Shown here one piece after another: positions 39,900 to 52,115 of a DNA stretch of 64,000 bases (the stretch's first letter is position 1; each line of letters opens with the position of its first letter). The stretch is from assembly GCA_050084985.1 (NCBI GenBank), contig JBITNC010000001.1:120094001-120158000 (forward strand), read 5' to 3'. A program made the position numbers and the translations under genes. The notes beneath the pieces are model-generated. The model saw only the letters and a program-made list of their open reading frames with translations. It was not told where the DNA came from and did not search any database. The DNA is from Nageia nagi. Lineage: Eukaryota; Plantae; Pinophyta.

Positions 39900-40572
39900 C
39901 TATAGTTGTTGGAATCTTCAACAACATCGAAATCTTCAAATGCATCAAAATCTTCCAAGATTATGAAATCTTCGAGTGCATAGAAATTTTGTAAGTGCTA
40001 TAAAATCTTCTAGTGCTCTTGAATTTCCAAGAGCTTTAGAATCTCCAATCACACTCCATAATCTTCAAGTGGACTCCAAAATCTTCAAGTGCTCTTGAAT
40101 TTCCAAGTGCTTTAGAATCTCCATATACTCCATAATCTTCAAGTGCACTCTAGAATCTTCAATTATTTTTGAATATCTACGTACTTCAGAATTTCCAAGT
40201 ACTCCAAAATCTTCAAATGTGTGGTATTTTCAAGGGCTCTAAAATCTCTATAGGTGTCAAGATCTCTAATGGTTCTAGATTCTCCAAGTGCTCTAAAACA
40301 AAGGTGCCAAAAGCATCGAATGCATTGAAATCATTTCCAGACTCTCCAAGTGCTCTCCATCTTGAAATTATCTTCTTCAGTACTTATTGTGGTATCTCCT
40401 CTTTATTGTTATTCTACATTAGAAATGGGTTAGATTTATAGCTTCATTAGTTAATGAGTTAGCCTTTTTGTTATGTTTCTGCCCAATGTGAGAATATTCT
40501 ATGAATTCAAACTTCTCTTTCTACTTGAAGATTATGAAATCTCCAAGTACTCCAAAATTATGTAAGTGCTAC
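39900..40572. repeat. Left part of a ~530-560-bp tandem repeat containing ~18-bp aaatcttcaagtgctct-like subrepeats
   Basis: The marker gatttatagc(t/c)tcattagttaatga occurs at ~40433, ~58431 and ~58991. The sequence rejoins seamlessly across the Tat insertion (tgtaagtgctac|aaaattttcaag). Confidence 0.8.
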
Positions 40573-42655
40573 TGTATTCCTTCAGTATAACATTTAAAAT
40601 TTAGGTAATTCTATTATTTTTCATTTTTCATTATTTCATTCCGGGAGCTGTGTATATAAAAGTACTTGGGAGGACATTATTTTTTTAAGTCTTCATGAGT
40701 TATAAAATTTTGTATTCTTTCATTATAAATTTCCCTTCTCATTTCTTTTCCTTAGGGTGTCAGGAGTCATTTTTTTAGTATTTGAGAATCATGTAAATAA
40801 GAACGCCTGGGAGTTATGTCATTTTTTAGTAGTACCTGGAGATTATGTAAATAAAGTTGCTTGGGAGTTATGTCAATAAGACTTATGTCAATTTTGTATT
40901 TTTTTATTCTTTAATGATCGGGAGTTGAGAGTGCCTAGGAGTCATGTCTTCTCCAGTATACTCAAAAAGTCATGTATGTAAAAATTTCTAGAATCATATT
41001 TATTACCTTAGAGTTTCTAGGATTTGTTGGCACAAATGTCCAAAACTTGTACACATTCAGAGTTTCACTTTTGAAAAATATCAACAGGGCCCAGGAATTT
41101 TGAAAGATGACATCACAAATTTTGGAAAAAATAAACGGGTCTCGGAACAAGCAATGGCGGGTGTAGATTTTTGAAGAACATCAAGAGAGCCCGATGATTT
41201 TGGAAGATGATGTCACAATTTTTTATCAGAATCAGTGGGTCCCGGTAGAATCAGAATATCGACAGAGCTCGATGATTTTGGGAGATGATGTCATAGTTTT
41301 CGATCAAAATCAACGGGTCCCAGAGCAAGTAATGGTAGGTGCAGATTTTTGAAGAATATCAACAAAGGCCGATGATTTCAGAAGGTGATGTCACATTTTT
41401 TTGTGGAAATCAATGAGTACTGAAGAAATCAGAATTTCGATAGAGCTCGTCGATCCTAAGAGATGACATCATGATTTTCGGTTAAAATCAGTGGATCTCG
41501 ATAGAATCAAAATATCAATAGAGCACGACGATTTTGAAGGATGATTTCATAGTTTTGATAAAAATAAGCGGGTCCCAGAAGAATCAGATCATCAACAAAG
41601 CCCGGAAGAACATAGAGCCCACCAAACAAGTAAAAGAGTAGTGCATGAGAAAGAACACCCGGGTCCACTTCATCTTAAGTGTTTGACCCTTGGGGCCCTG
41701 TTAATATGTCAACACCAACTCATTTGCACATAATAGTGGTAATTTTTCTCGATCCAAGTGAACATAATATCTATCAACCATCATTACTTTGATTATTGAC
41801 ATCCACAGCAGAGATCATAAAGATTATTGAAAAGTAGATAGCGGTTGATAAAGCATACAACCAAATCGTACCAATCAATGTGCAATCAAATAACTGCTCA
41901 ATTAGCTATAATGCTACCTTCAATCAGCAACAGTGTTATATTCAATTAGCTACAGGGTCAAAGAAGGAGCAGTTAATGACATGTCAGAAGGATTGTGGCT
42001 CTATGGACATGGCTGGCCAGAAGTTGCAAATTTTTAGATAGTTATGTTGATTAGTACTTGTCCACTGTATAATTTAGCATAGTTGTAGCATTTATGTAAA
42101 TAGTGCTATTTTAGTTATTTCATTCAATGCTAGTAGTAATGTATATTAATAAAATCCAACCATCCAAGGGGGAAAGTTGTATAAATAGCTAGTTTTTAGA
42201 AATTAAGAAGGTCGAACATTTTAGCAAATTTGCTCTAATCTGTAAAAGCAATTCACATATGATAATGCAAACAAACAATGCTTTTCCCTCTTGCAACAAA
42301 GTGGTTATTATTGCTTTTGTGAATGTTATGTGGAATGTTTTCTTCACATTATGGCTGTGTATTATGATTGTGAGACCTCAAGTGCGAGATAGTTTGCTAT
42401 TATTAATTTTGGCTATGGATTACTACCTGTGCTGCAATGCCTGGGTTGTAAATTTCTTGTTTTAGTTGTTTATTTGCTTATCTTTTTCTTGTAACTCTCT
42501 ATCTTTTTATTCATTTCTTGTTACTTTTGACCTTAAATATAGATAGGAACCAACTTTTAAACCGGAGATTGAGTAGAAAACCAACATGAGCATAGCCCCA
42601 CCACCTTTTGCTCTTTCAAAGAACCTACCGTTGCGGGAAATGGAGAATACGATCA
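40573..42655 (+). repeat. Tat 5' LTR, with an internal array of alternating ~80/~100-bp units at ~41070-41610
   Basis: Colinear with 55947-58032; the units contain gatgattttg.gagatga(c/t)gtca. Confidence 0.88.
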
Positions 42656-43723
42656 AACCAAACCTTTAAGATTACGCTATATCGATCAACGGTAGCCAGT
42701 TCTATTTTTGGCACATCCGATGGGACCCGAGCTAAAAATCATATTTAGCAAGCGTTGTTAAGCTTGATAGCCTCGTCTGGTGGGTTATCAAATTGATCCT
42801 TCAAGATTATAAGGTTTTTATAACCTTATTGGCGACTCTACTATCAACTAGTCAATTTTTTTGAACCCTAGCACCTCCAAAATGTAGACTAACTAGCAGT
42901 CGTGCTAGAAATTCCCTTAGACAACTTAGATTTGAAGATCTGTCACTTCTCTCATAGAAGGATTAGACGAAAGATATCTCGGGTTGTCTCCTTTGATCTC
43001 TTTAAAGGCTACCCCTTTATCAGTTGTATTTAACTCATTTCCAAAAAATCCTTCGCCTCTTGTACATTCTCCAAGTATGGCTCAACCAGCGGATTTTCTT
43101 ACTTGGAATAATAGTCATCCTTTGGTTGTAGCTACTAATTCATTGCCTATACCTCAAGCAGCTTTTAAAATTTTGCCTAAGTATGATGGTTATAAAAAGA
43201 TGCCATATGAGCACTGTCAAGATGTATCGTTGTCAGCTTCAAGTTTCAACATTACTGATGAAACTGTGATGACAAGGTACTGTCACACTCTTTTGAAGGC
43301 AAAGCAACCAAATGGCTCAGAAATCTCACCCCCCAATCTATAAATTCATGGGGAGAGTTGTGTCAGGCCTTGATTAAAAGATTTTTTGCAGATGGCGATG
43401 ATAGCATGTTCCTTAGCCTCATAACATGTATTAAAAGACATCCGCATGAATCTATTGATGATTTTATATCAAATTTGAGAGAACATAGAAATCCATACCA
43501 GCAAGGATTAGACCAACAAATGCTTAAGCTTTGGTATATTATCGAAAAGCTTTTCTTCCTAACCTCAATATGCTTATTATTATGTCAGGAGATACATTGG
43601 CAAATGTTTACCAGATAGCAAAGATTGCAGAACATATCTTAGTGTCCTCTGGTAAAATTCAACCAAGAATAATCATGCTTATATTTCCAAGGTTAACTCC
43701 CAAGTAAGTTCCACAAATAGGTC

Positions 43724-46544
43724 TGTAGAGAAATAGGAAAACCTTCATATTATGATACAATGAAACATGCCTATAAATAGGCATTTACAAGAACGAATAC
43801 CATGGTTTGAGCACATGGTATTGTGCACATGGTTTTACAAAACAACGGTAAACCATTAAATGACCGTAAACATTAAATGATAACTAACTTAGGGACGCTA
43901 AAGTTAGATACCCTAACCTAGCAAGCTTAACTAACTCTAACACCCCCCTTTAAGCGAGGCTAGGAGGTAGTAGACATAAGCAAACTAGTACAATATGGGT
44001 CCCGACAACAAGGCCTGATGAGGTACCCATTAACAAAATGAATCAAGCACAAAGAAGTTGTAGAGCGACCAAAGATAACGAACATGTGCAACTGAAGAAC
44101 AAAGAACCTCCAACAAAAGCTGGATCAAAGAGTCACTACTTGATCAACATAAACAAAGAGAGTCCCTCAACCTGAAATTAGGGCACGAACTTTTCTTTGA
44201 AGAGATTGTTGACGATGCAGAAGGCACACCAAATGGTACCAAGAACCCATTAACACTGTACCAAGAATGGTACAAGGATCCATGAAAGAAGTCGATGTCG
44301 AACTCAGGAGCACTGTCGAAGAAGATGGATCACCAAAACTCATTATGCCTAGATACAACACGATGAATAAAATGCAACACGATGAAGAACTGCAGAGTAT
44401 GAGCAACCAAGAGAAAGGGTGTGCAAAACAAGGCACACATGCATGAAGGTAGACAAGGTTGTGATCAAAACACAACAAACCCCCCATGGCACTTTATAGT
44501 TTAGTGCAAGTACAATGAGCTCCAAAACAACATAAATAGAAACGAATACATATAAAAGTCCTCCCAACTGGAATAGGAAGATGTTGATCACCACACAACT
44601 TAACAGAGAATAAGTCCACTAACTACGACTATCAAAAAGTCGATGGGAGCATGAGGAACAATAATGCAGTACTAAACATCAACCAAAGTGATGTTGAACA
44701 AAAAATTCAAGACTGCAATAAGATTCGAACCTCATGAGGTATCTCCTAGGAACTTCTCAAAATGTTGTAAATAGCTCAACAATTCTATCCAAAAATAGCT
44801 CAAAGAATCCCCCCCAGAAAAAATTGCCTTTATAGTTCAGGCTGAAGCTTACAACAAAGAGCTCACTTCCTGCTTTACAACGCAAAAAACGGGACTGCAA
44901 TCCGAGTCTGTTTGCTCAAAAATTGCAATTAAATGCAATTCCACCAGATTTAATTAAAAGAGGCCCAACAAACTATTAAAAAATAAAAAAAAATATTTAT
45001 CTAAAAACAAATTAGAAAAAATATATATATATTTTTTTGATTTTTTTATTAAAAACTATAGGCGCTCAATTAAAAATTTGGCTGCAGGAGATCAGGCGAA
45101 GCGCGCGTGGAGGGAGGCAACGAGCGGCGAAAGAAGGGAGGGCAACCGACACACGGTGCCATGCAAAGCAGGAGCACGGCGAAGGTGGGAAACCAAAGGC
45201 CCACCAAGGGCAGCGCAGAGACAGCGACGGCAGCGAAGTTCAGTAGGCAGGTGCGCGCGCGAGACGGAGGCGAAGCGCGCGGGAGGAGGCGGAGCCCAGC
45301 AGGAGCACGCGCGGGAGAAGACAGAGCCCGGCAGGGGCGCACGCGCGGGAGGTGAAGCGCAGCAGGAGGCGACCGGAGACTGGAATTGGACGGCACCGAC
45401 GGTCATTGCTGTATGGCCAGGCAGACGTGCTCCCTATCCACCGGAACAAAATAATTCTCTACGGGAAGCTCCATCACTATTCCACCATCGAAATTGAAAG
45501 CCATAGGCGGCAACCCCAATCTCGTCGTCCCAGACGGCGCCCTGTAACAGAGCTCGAACAGATCAGACGCGTTCACAGGCGTCTCCTTCACAGCGGCCTT
45601 CACTGCCTCCACCACGTAGATCCACATGAGAGGAGAAGACGACAGTGGTGGACGGAGAGTTCCTCCTTTCAGGACAGTGTCCACAGCCGCCTAGCAAACC
45701 TGCCAGTTTCCGCTCCATAGTAAACCCACCGCCCCGTGAACAGGATTCACCGTTCTTCCACACGCCTCATAGAGCAGCGACTGGAAATTTCAGCACGTCA
45801 GGGAGCCGCAAAGATCAGATCGAGAGATACCAAACAAGAGGTGAAATGAAGCAATCCTCCTTAGATCCGGCCACCACATTCGACAAAATACAACATCATG
45901 ACGTTCAGGCCCAGATCCACAATGTAATTGACCACCAAATGCGTGAAGTCTGTAGAGATATTGCAGATCTAAAATAGAGCCAAATGAAGAAAATCAACTG
46001 TAGCTATTGAAGATGCTGTGAGGTGGGATCGCGGATCGGGCATACATGAGCGGCAAGCACCACATGATCTACTATAGAGCGTAGATCAAAGAAAGGAGGT
46101 ATCGACGCACTGAGAGCTAGGCGGAGAAGAACGTTAATGCGCTATGAGCCACCAACAAACGATAGATGCACCAATCACTATCTCACCAAAAAACAGGTCA
46201 CCTACAAAATTGAATGCAACAAAAAATGGAGGTGAGGGGGGATTGGCTCAAGGAGGCCAACCCCCCTTCACAGATTTGTTGATCAAATTGAGGGCAGGTT
46301 CAGAGAAAGACCTGCTCTGATACCATGTAGAGAAATAGGAAAACCTTCATATTATGATACAATGAAACATGCCTATAAATAGGCATTTACAAGAACGAAT
46401 ACCATGGTTTGAGCACATGGTATTGTGCACATGGTTTTACAAAACAACGGTAAACCATTAAATGACCGTAAACATTAAATGATAACTAACTTAGGGACGC
46501 TAAAGTTAGATACCCTAACCTAGCAAGCTTAACTAACTCTAACA
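43724..46544 (-). mobile_element. Very young 2.8-kb non-autonomous LTR retroelement carrying captured host sequence
   Basis: Two 219-bp LTRs (43724-43942, 46326-46544) identical by eye; perfect TSD aggtc; perfect iMet PBS (gctctgatacca at 46314-46325); PPT gcttaagggggg next to 43943; no recognisable gag or pol. Confidence 0.95.
45403..45810 (-). pseudogene. Captured fragment of a plant A1-family (nepenthesin/CDR1-like, TAXi_C) aspartic protease gene
   Basis: VVEAVKAAVKETPVNASDLFELCYRAPSGTTRLGLPPMAFNFDGGIVMELPVENYFVPVDREHVCLAI matches the C-terminal lobe pattern (LCY...LP.M.F.F.GG..M.LP.ENYF.......CLAI). Upstream, a frameshifted CGR...LFTG/AVGLL resembles the N-lobe GA.GLLGLG motif. Confidence 0.8.
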
Positions 46545-48199
46545 AGGTCACCTTGGAGTTCTAACCTTACCACCTCCTCCCAAACCTACTGTTCAAAATC
46601 AGTTACCAACATTACCTGCTCTTGCATCCACAAGTGCTACTACTAAACCTAAATCTCAAAAAGAGGAGAGAATAAGGTAGTTGGAGATAACTATAAGAAA
46701 TCTAACCAATAAATTCACTCTGTAAGAAAGGTAGAATCATGGTTTTAATTATAGAAGATACGATAATCAGTATCAACTAAGATTCCAGCCCAAGGTCAAC
46801 TAACCAGAATAATTTAATCCTCCTAAAATAATTAAGAATGCTATTATGACCAGTTCTATAGATAGTGCTGCTTTGGGCATTGTGGAATGGTGTCCACCAT
46901 GTTCAACTCTTCATTTCCTAGATTCATATGCAGTATATCAACATCAGTATTTGGGGTTACATTCTAACCAGATGGTAGAACCTACTTCAGATCCTGCTGC
47001 TGATCTCATAATGGTCAATTTTTGGATTTTGGGATATGTTGGAGAATAAGCAAATTGTGTTCAAATCAGAGCAACTTTTTCAGTTACCCCATAGCAACCT
47101 CAAGCCATTCAGCAGTATCGATCTTCCACTCAAGCCCAACCTGAACCTAAGAAAGCTAAGACTCCCTTAACTTAGCTTCAGAACCAACATCATCAAGTTT
47201 CGTTTATCCTGGGTACTGTTTCGTCAAGTTCGGGTATTGTTCCATCAAACTCGAGTACTAGTACCCCAGGCGAAATAAACCTCACTGCAACAAGAAAAAA
47301 AGTCCTAGAGAAAGAAAGACCCAATACGTTGAGATATCCTTTCATCACTGATTATTATAAAGAAAAGGCTACTCAACATTTCAGAACACATCAACAAGCA
47401 GAACCAAGTAAGTCCATCCCATATGCTCCATATAATATTGTGGAAGAATTGAAGAAAACTCCTAGGATGACAATGTTTGATGCATTAAAGATACCAGATC
47501 AATTAGATCTTTTGCAAGAAGTTTTAAAGTTAAAAAATAGTAAAAAAAGCACAAATAAAGAAAATCCTATGTAATGTCTGAAGTTGTTCTTCCAGCTCCA
47601 ATAGGTGTAATAAAACCCCCACCTTTCTATTTATCCCTAAGATTAGAAAGCTGGGTAGTAAACAATTGTATGATTGATACTGGAGCTGCCATAACTTTTA
47701 TCCCTAAAGCTGTTGCAGACGAAATAAAATTATACATTACAAGATGCATTGATAATGTCATACAGTTAGATTCTTCCTTAGTAGATATTGTTGGTAGTGT
47801 TAAAGGTGTTCAAATAATCTTGAATGCCTTCCTTGATATTCGTATTATCCAAAACATTATTGTAGTTGATCTTCCACTTTTATTTAGAATTTATTTTTCT
47901 AGAGAATTTACTGCTAAATTGGGAGGGTACCTAGTCTTAGACTATAGTCATTTTCTGCTTCCTTTCCTGAATGAAAGCACTAAAACTGTTCATCTCAAGA
48001 GGATCAATGAAGTAAATTGTATAAATGATCCACAACCAGTGAAGATATTTGAAAGAGACACACTAAGGAAATCACTACTGATAATCGAAGTTCTATCAGC
48101 TAATAATTTGAATTATTAGGTTATAGATGCTAACATGGGTAATTATTATCTATATGAGAAAGTTCAACCGATTTTAGTTACTACTGATAAAGAACATGA

Positions 48200-48580
48200 G
48201 GTATGGACGATGTAATTTGATGGTTCCCAATTCATGTGATTCTCTTAGTATGTCCCAAGGGGGCTACTAAAAGATTCTCTCAAGGGGGCTACCAAAAGAT
48301 TCTCTTTCCGATTCACATGGACCTATACAAACAATGCTGTTGAGTATGAAGCTCTTTGTTTAGGGTTATCTAAAGCAATCAGTATAGGTATTAGATGCCT
48401 GATTGTCCATGGTGATTTTAAATTGGTCATCAAGCAAGTAAAAATCAGATCAATGCAAAGCACCATTATCTGAAGAACATAGAGAAACATGTGGGATTTA
48501 TTGGAGTCATTTTTGGCTATCAATTTTGTATCTATTCCTAGAAAGCACAACCAAGTAGCTGATGCACTTGTTGGAAGAGG
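48200..48580 (+). pseudogene. Additional (archaeal-type) RNase H domain placed before RT
   Basis: VWTM*FDGS...TNNAVEYEALCLGL..AISIGIRCLIVHGDFKLVIKQV...IPRKHNQVADAL. Confidence 0.85.
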
Positions 48581-48899
48581 AGCACGTTATAACCTTGCTC
48601 ATCATAAAAGAGGAGCTCTTGGAGTTAAAGTTTAGTGTAAGCTTTCAGTACCCGATGTTGCAAACTTCTAGCAGGTATTTGACTCCAATGAGCATATTGT
48701 TAACTTTCTTGTAGATGAAGCAATGGTTCACATTTTTGGTACTCAAGAAATGCCTGATTATTTTCAAGAATTAGATGTCATTCAACTTAGAAATAATGTA
48801 ATACCAAAAAGATTGCTCTCTTTTGAAAGACTGTTTGATTTAGAGGATGTACTAAAGGCCAAGTCTTTAATCATCTTAAAGGAGAATTATGTTGAGCTG

Positions 48900-51574
48900 G
48901 AGGTGGAGCCCGGTAAGTACGTAAAAGTTGGTCCAAAGTGTTCTGTTGCAGAAAAGGTTGCTATGTCTCAAATTTATCATGAGTTTTCTCAAGTGATTAC
49001 TTGGACTTATGATGATCTTAAGACATGACAAAGATATCATCCAACACACGGTTGAGCTTAAATCAGAAGCTAAACCATACAGGTAAAATAAAAACTCGTA
49101 AAACCAAAAATATGAGAAGTTATTTAACAAGAGTTAATCAAGCTCCTTGATTCAAAAATTATTTATCTCATCAAGCATTCTTCTTGGGTTGCAAATTTAG
49201 TTTCTATGAGAAAGAAAAGTGGAGAAATCAGACTCTATGTTGATTTTAGAAATTTAAATAAAGTGTCCCTGAAAGATAATTATCCTCTCCTTCCTATGGA
49301 GCAGATCCTGCATACAATAGTTGGAGCTTGCTATTTTTCAATGATAGATGGTTACTTAGGATTTTACCAAATTTGGATGAAGGATGAATATTAGTTCAAA
49401 ATAATATTTACAACCAAATGGGAGACATTTGCTTTTCAAAGGATGTCATTTGGTCTTTCTAATGCATTTGGCAAGCTAATAAATAAAATTATATTGATCT
49501 ATCTAGATGATATCATTGTCTTCTCTAGAAGTAGAAGTGATCATCTGGAACATCTAAGATTAATCTTTGAAAAATGCATGAAATTTAGCATTTCATTCAA
49601 CCCAAAAAGTTAGTTTTTATGGTCAACCAAGGAAAGTTACTTGGTCACATTGTCTCAAAAGAGGGGCAATTGATCCAAATAGAGTAAAAGCTATAGAAGC
49701 ATTGCCTTTTCCCTCTAACAAGAAGGCTTTACAGTCATTCCTTGGTTAGATCAATTTTGTTAAGAAATTTATTAATAATTTTTCAGAAATTGTATCTCCA
49801 ATCACTTCAATGCTATAGAAAGATGCTGTATTTTTCTAATCTTGTGAAGCAAAAGTAGCCTTCAAAGAGATAAAAAAGGTTATAACAGAAGCTTTTATGC
49901 TTAAAAACCCTAATATGTCAAAAGATTTCATTATGTATGCACATGAAGTAGATAGAAGTATTATTGTAATTCTTGCATAAAAGGATGACAATAATGAAGA
50001 ACACCCGATTGCTTTTCATAGTCAAACACTACATCAACATCAGCGAAGATACTCATTTATTGAAAGGAAAATGTTTTCCATTATGAAAGGATTTAAAAAG
50101 TTCAAGCATTATGTCTTTCACAATAGAATATTTGTATATACTATTCCTCCATTTGTAAAAAATTATATTATACAAGGAGATCTAGGTGAGGGAAAAGTTG
50201 GTTGGATTACTAAAATAATGGAATATGATATAGAGATCAAGCCAACCAAGCTAATCAGAGGCAGGGCTCTCTTGTGAAAGTATGGTTGAAGCTTCACATA
50301 TGATTGCTCATGGAAGATGAGCAGCAACTTAATCAAGAAAGTGATTGGATTAAGCAAATCATGATTTATTTTCAAACGAGTAAGTACTTTGAAGCTCTGG
50401 ATAGATTCCAAAAAAGGAGATTCAGGTTGCATGCCCTTAAATTCATCATGATAGATGATCATTTGTATAGAAATTTTTTTGATCAAACCCTTCTCAGATG
50501 TGTGACTAAAGATGAATCCTATAGAATATTGCATGAATTTCATTATGGATTCTCTAGTGGGCATTATAGTAGACCAATTATTGGCCCATTATATTTCAAG
50601 ATTCATTTAAGATTGCACGAGAATGTGATAAATGCAACATATTTATGGAAAAGAGAAGATAAGCTGCCATGCCTCTCAAACCTGTGGTAGTCGAAGAGCC
50701 TTTTCAACAGTGGGATATGGATTTTATTGGTATCATAAACCCAAATTCTTTGGCAGACCACAAGTTTATTTTGATTGCAACAGATTATTTCACTAGATGG
50801 TCAGAGGCTATGCCATGCAAAAATGCAGATCAAAAAAGGTGATAGAAATGATTAAAAGTATAATCACCCACTTTGGAATCCCATAGACTATAGTGTCAGA
50901 TAATGGTATGACATTTACTGGAGGTAATTTTTTAAGCTTTGTAGTTTAGTATGAAATCTACTGGTTATTCTCTTCAAACTATTACCCATAAGGTAACGGG
51001 CTAGCTAAGTCAACTAGTAAAAATCTAATCTGGATCATTAAAAGAACAATTAAAAGGAATCCTAGATAGTGGCATACAAAGTTGGACTATGCATTATGGA
51101 TTGATAGAATTAGTATAAAATTAGCAATAAAGACATCCTCATATGCATTGGTATATGGTAAAAGACCAGTGTTACCAGTACACATGGAGTTACTAGCTTT
51201 AAAAATCCTGTAAGAAATGGAAGACCATGACTTTGAGCCATTACAGTTCAGATATAATCAACTCTTGAAATTGGAGGAAGATGCAAACAAAGCATATGAG
51301 TCATTCCAACATCGTCAGTACATCGTCAAAAGGTGGTTTGATAAGAAAAAGTCTTCTCGGGTGAAGTTTGAATCGGGTGATATTATCCTCAAATGAGATG
51401 AGGAAAGAGCAAAACCCGAAAGACAAAAAATTTGACTCTCTTTGGAGCAGGCCTTATAGAATTACCCAGGCTATACAAAATAATGCATTCAAGTTACGAG
51501 ATGTTATCGGGTCTCGAGAATTACCTATTTCCATCAACGGGATCTATTTAAAACATTACTGGGTGATAAGGTAA
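48900..51574 (+). pseudogene. Tat RT, RNase H and integrase
   Basis: RKKSGEIRLYVDFRNLNKVSLKDNYPLL and YLDD at ~49500 (RT); EHPIAFHS (RH); PFQQWDMDFIG and IATDYFTRWSEA (INT); KFDSLWSRPY at the C-terminus. Confidence 0.9.
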
Positions 51575-52115
51575 GCTTGTATTCCCTCCAAGGCATTGTA
51601 TAGTGTAAAAAAAAAGGAAAGTCTTTAATGATCAAATTTAATTTAATCTTATTAGGAGTTAATGTTAGCATACTACTTAGCTATCAACTTTAATTCAGCT
51701 TAGTCAAGAGTTAATGCTGGCATTTTGCTCAGCTATCACTAAATAAAATAGCATTTAAGGAAAGATTTCTTTGGATTTCACAAACCACCATCAAGTGCAA
51801 CAAATTAAGTCTGGTGTGCTTTGAATTTACTAATCCAACCTATGCCAACTTAATCCGTACAATTTGCGGGTCTCGAAATCTTCAAGCAGTAATTGCCATT
51901 AATGAAAATCTTACCAACCTTGGATAAATAAAACTCCTCTCATACTCTATAGTTTAACACTTAGTTGATTTCGAGCACTCAAGTTTTCAGAGCATTTAGA
52001 GCTTAGAGATTTCAAAGCCGAGTTATCTTGAGAAAGAAAAAGGTTGCAGGACCTCGCATCGCCCATACTGGTGTTTTTAATGACAATAAGAGATTCAAGA
52101 AAAGGTGTTAATACC

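Larger units (their letters stand above)
43077..48119 (+). pseudogene. Tat gag and aspartic protease, interrupted by the element at 43724-46544
   Basis: LPKYDG..., WGELCQALIKRF and IKRHPHESIDDF (gag); PPFYLSL...NCMIDTGA (protease, ORF 47574-48119). Confidence 0.85.

Noticed and set aside
45037-45977. Many overlapping Arg/Ala/Pro-rich ORFs, or bacterial contamination
   Set aside because: High GC suppresses stop codons, and only the minus-strand 45403-45684 frame has a recognisable family pattern. The island lies inside an LTR pair with a perfect TSD, so it is genuinely integrated.
46314-46325. tRNA gene fragments (also 28057-28068 and 42709-42726)
   Set aside because: These are primer-binding sites complementary to tRNA 3' ends; no cloverleaf structure.
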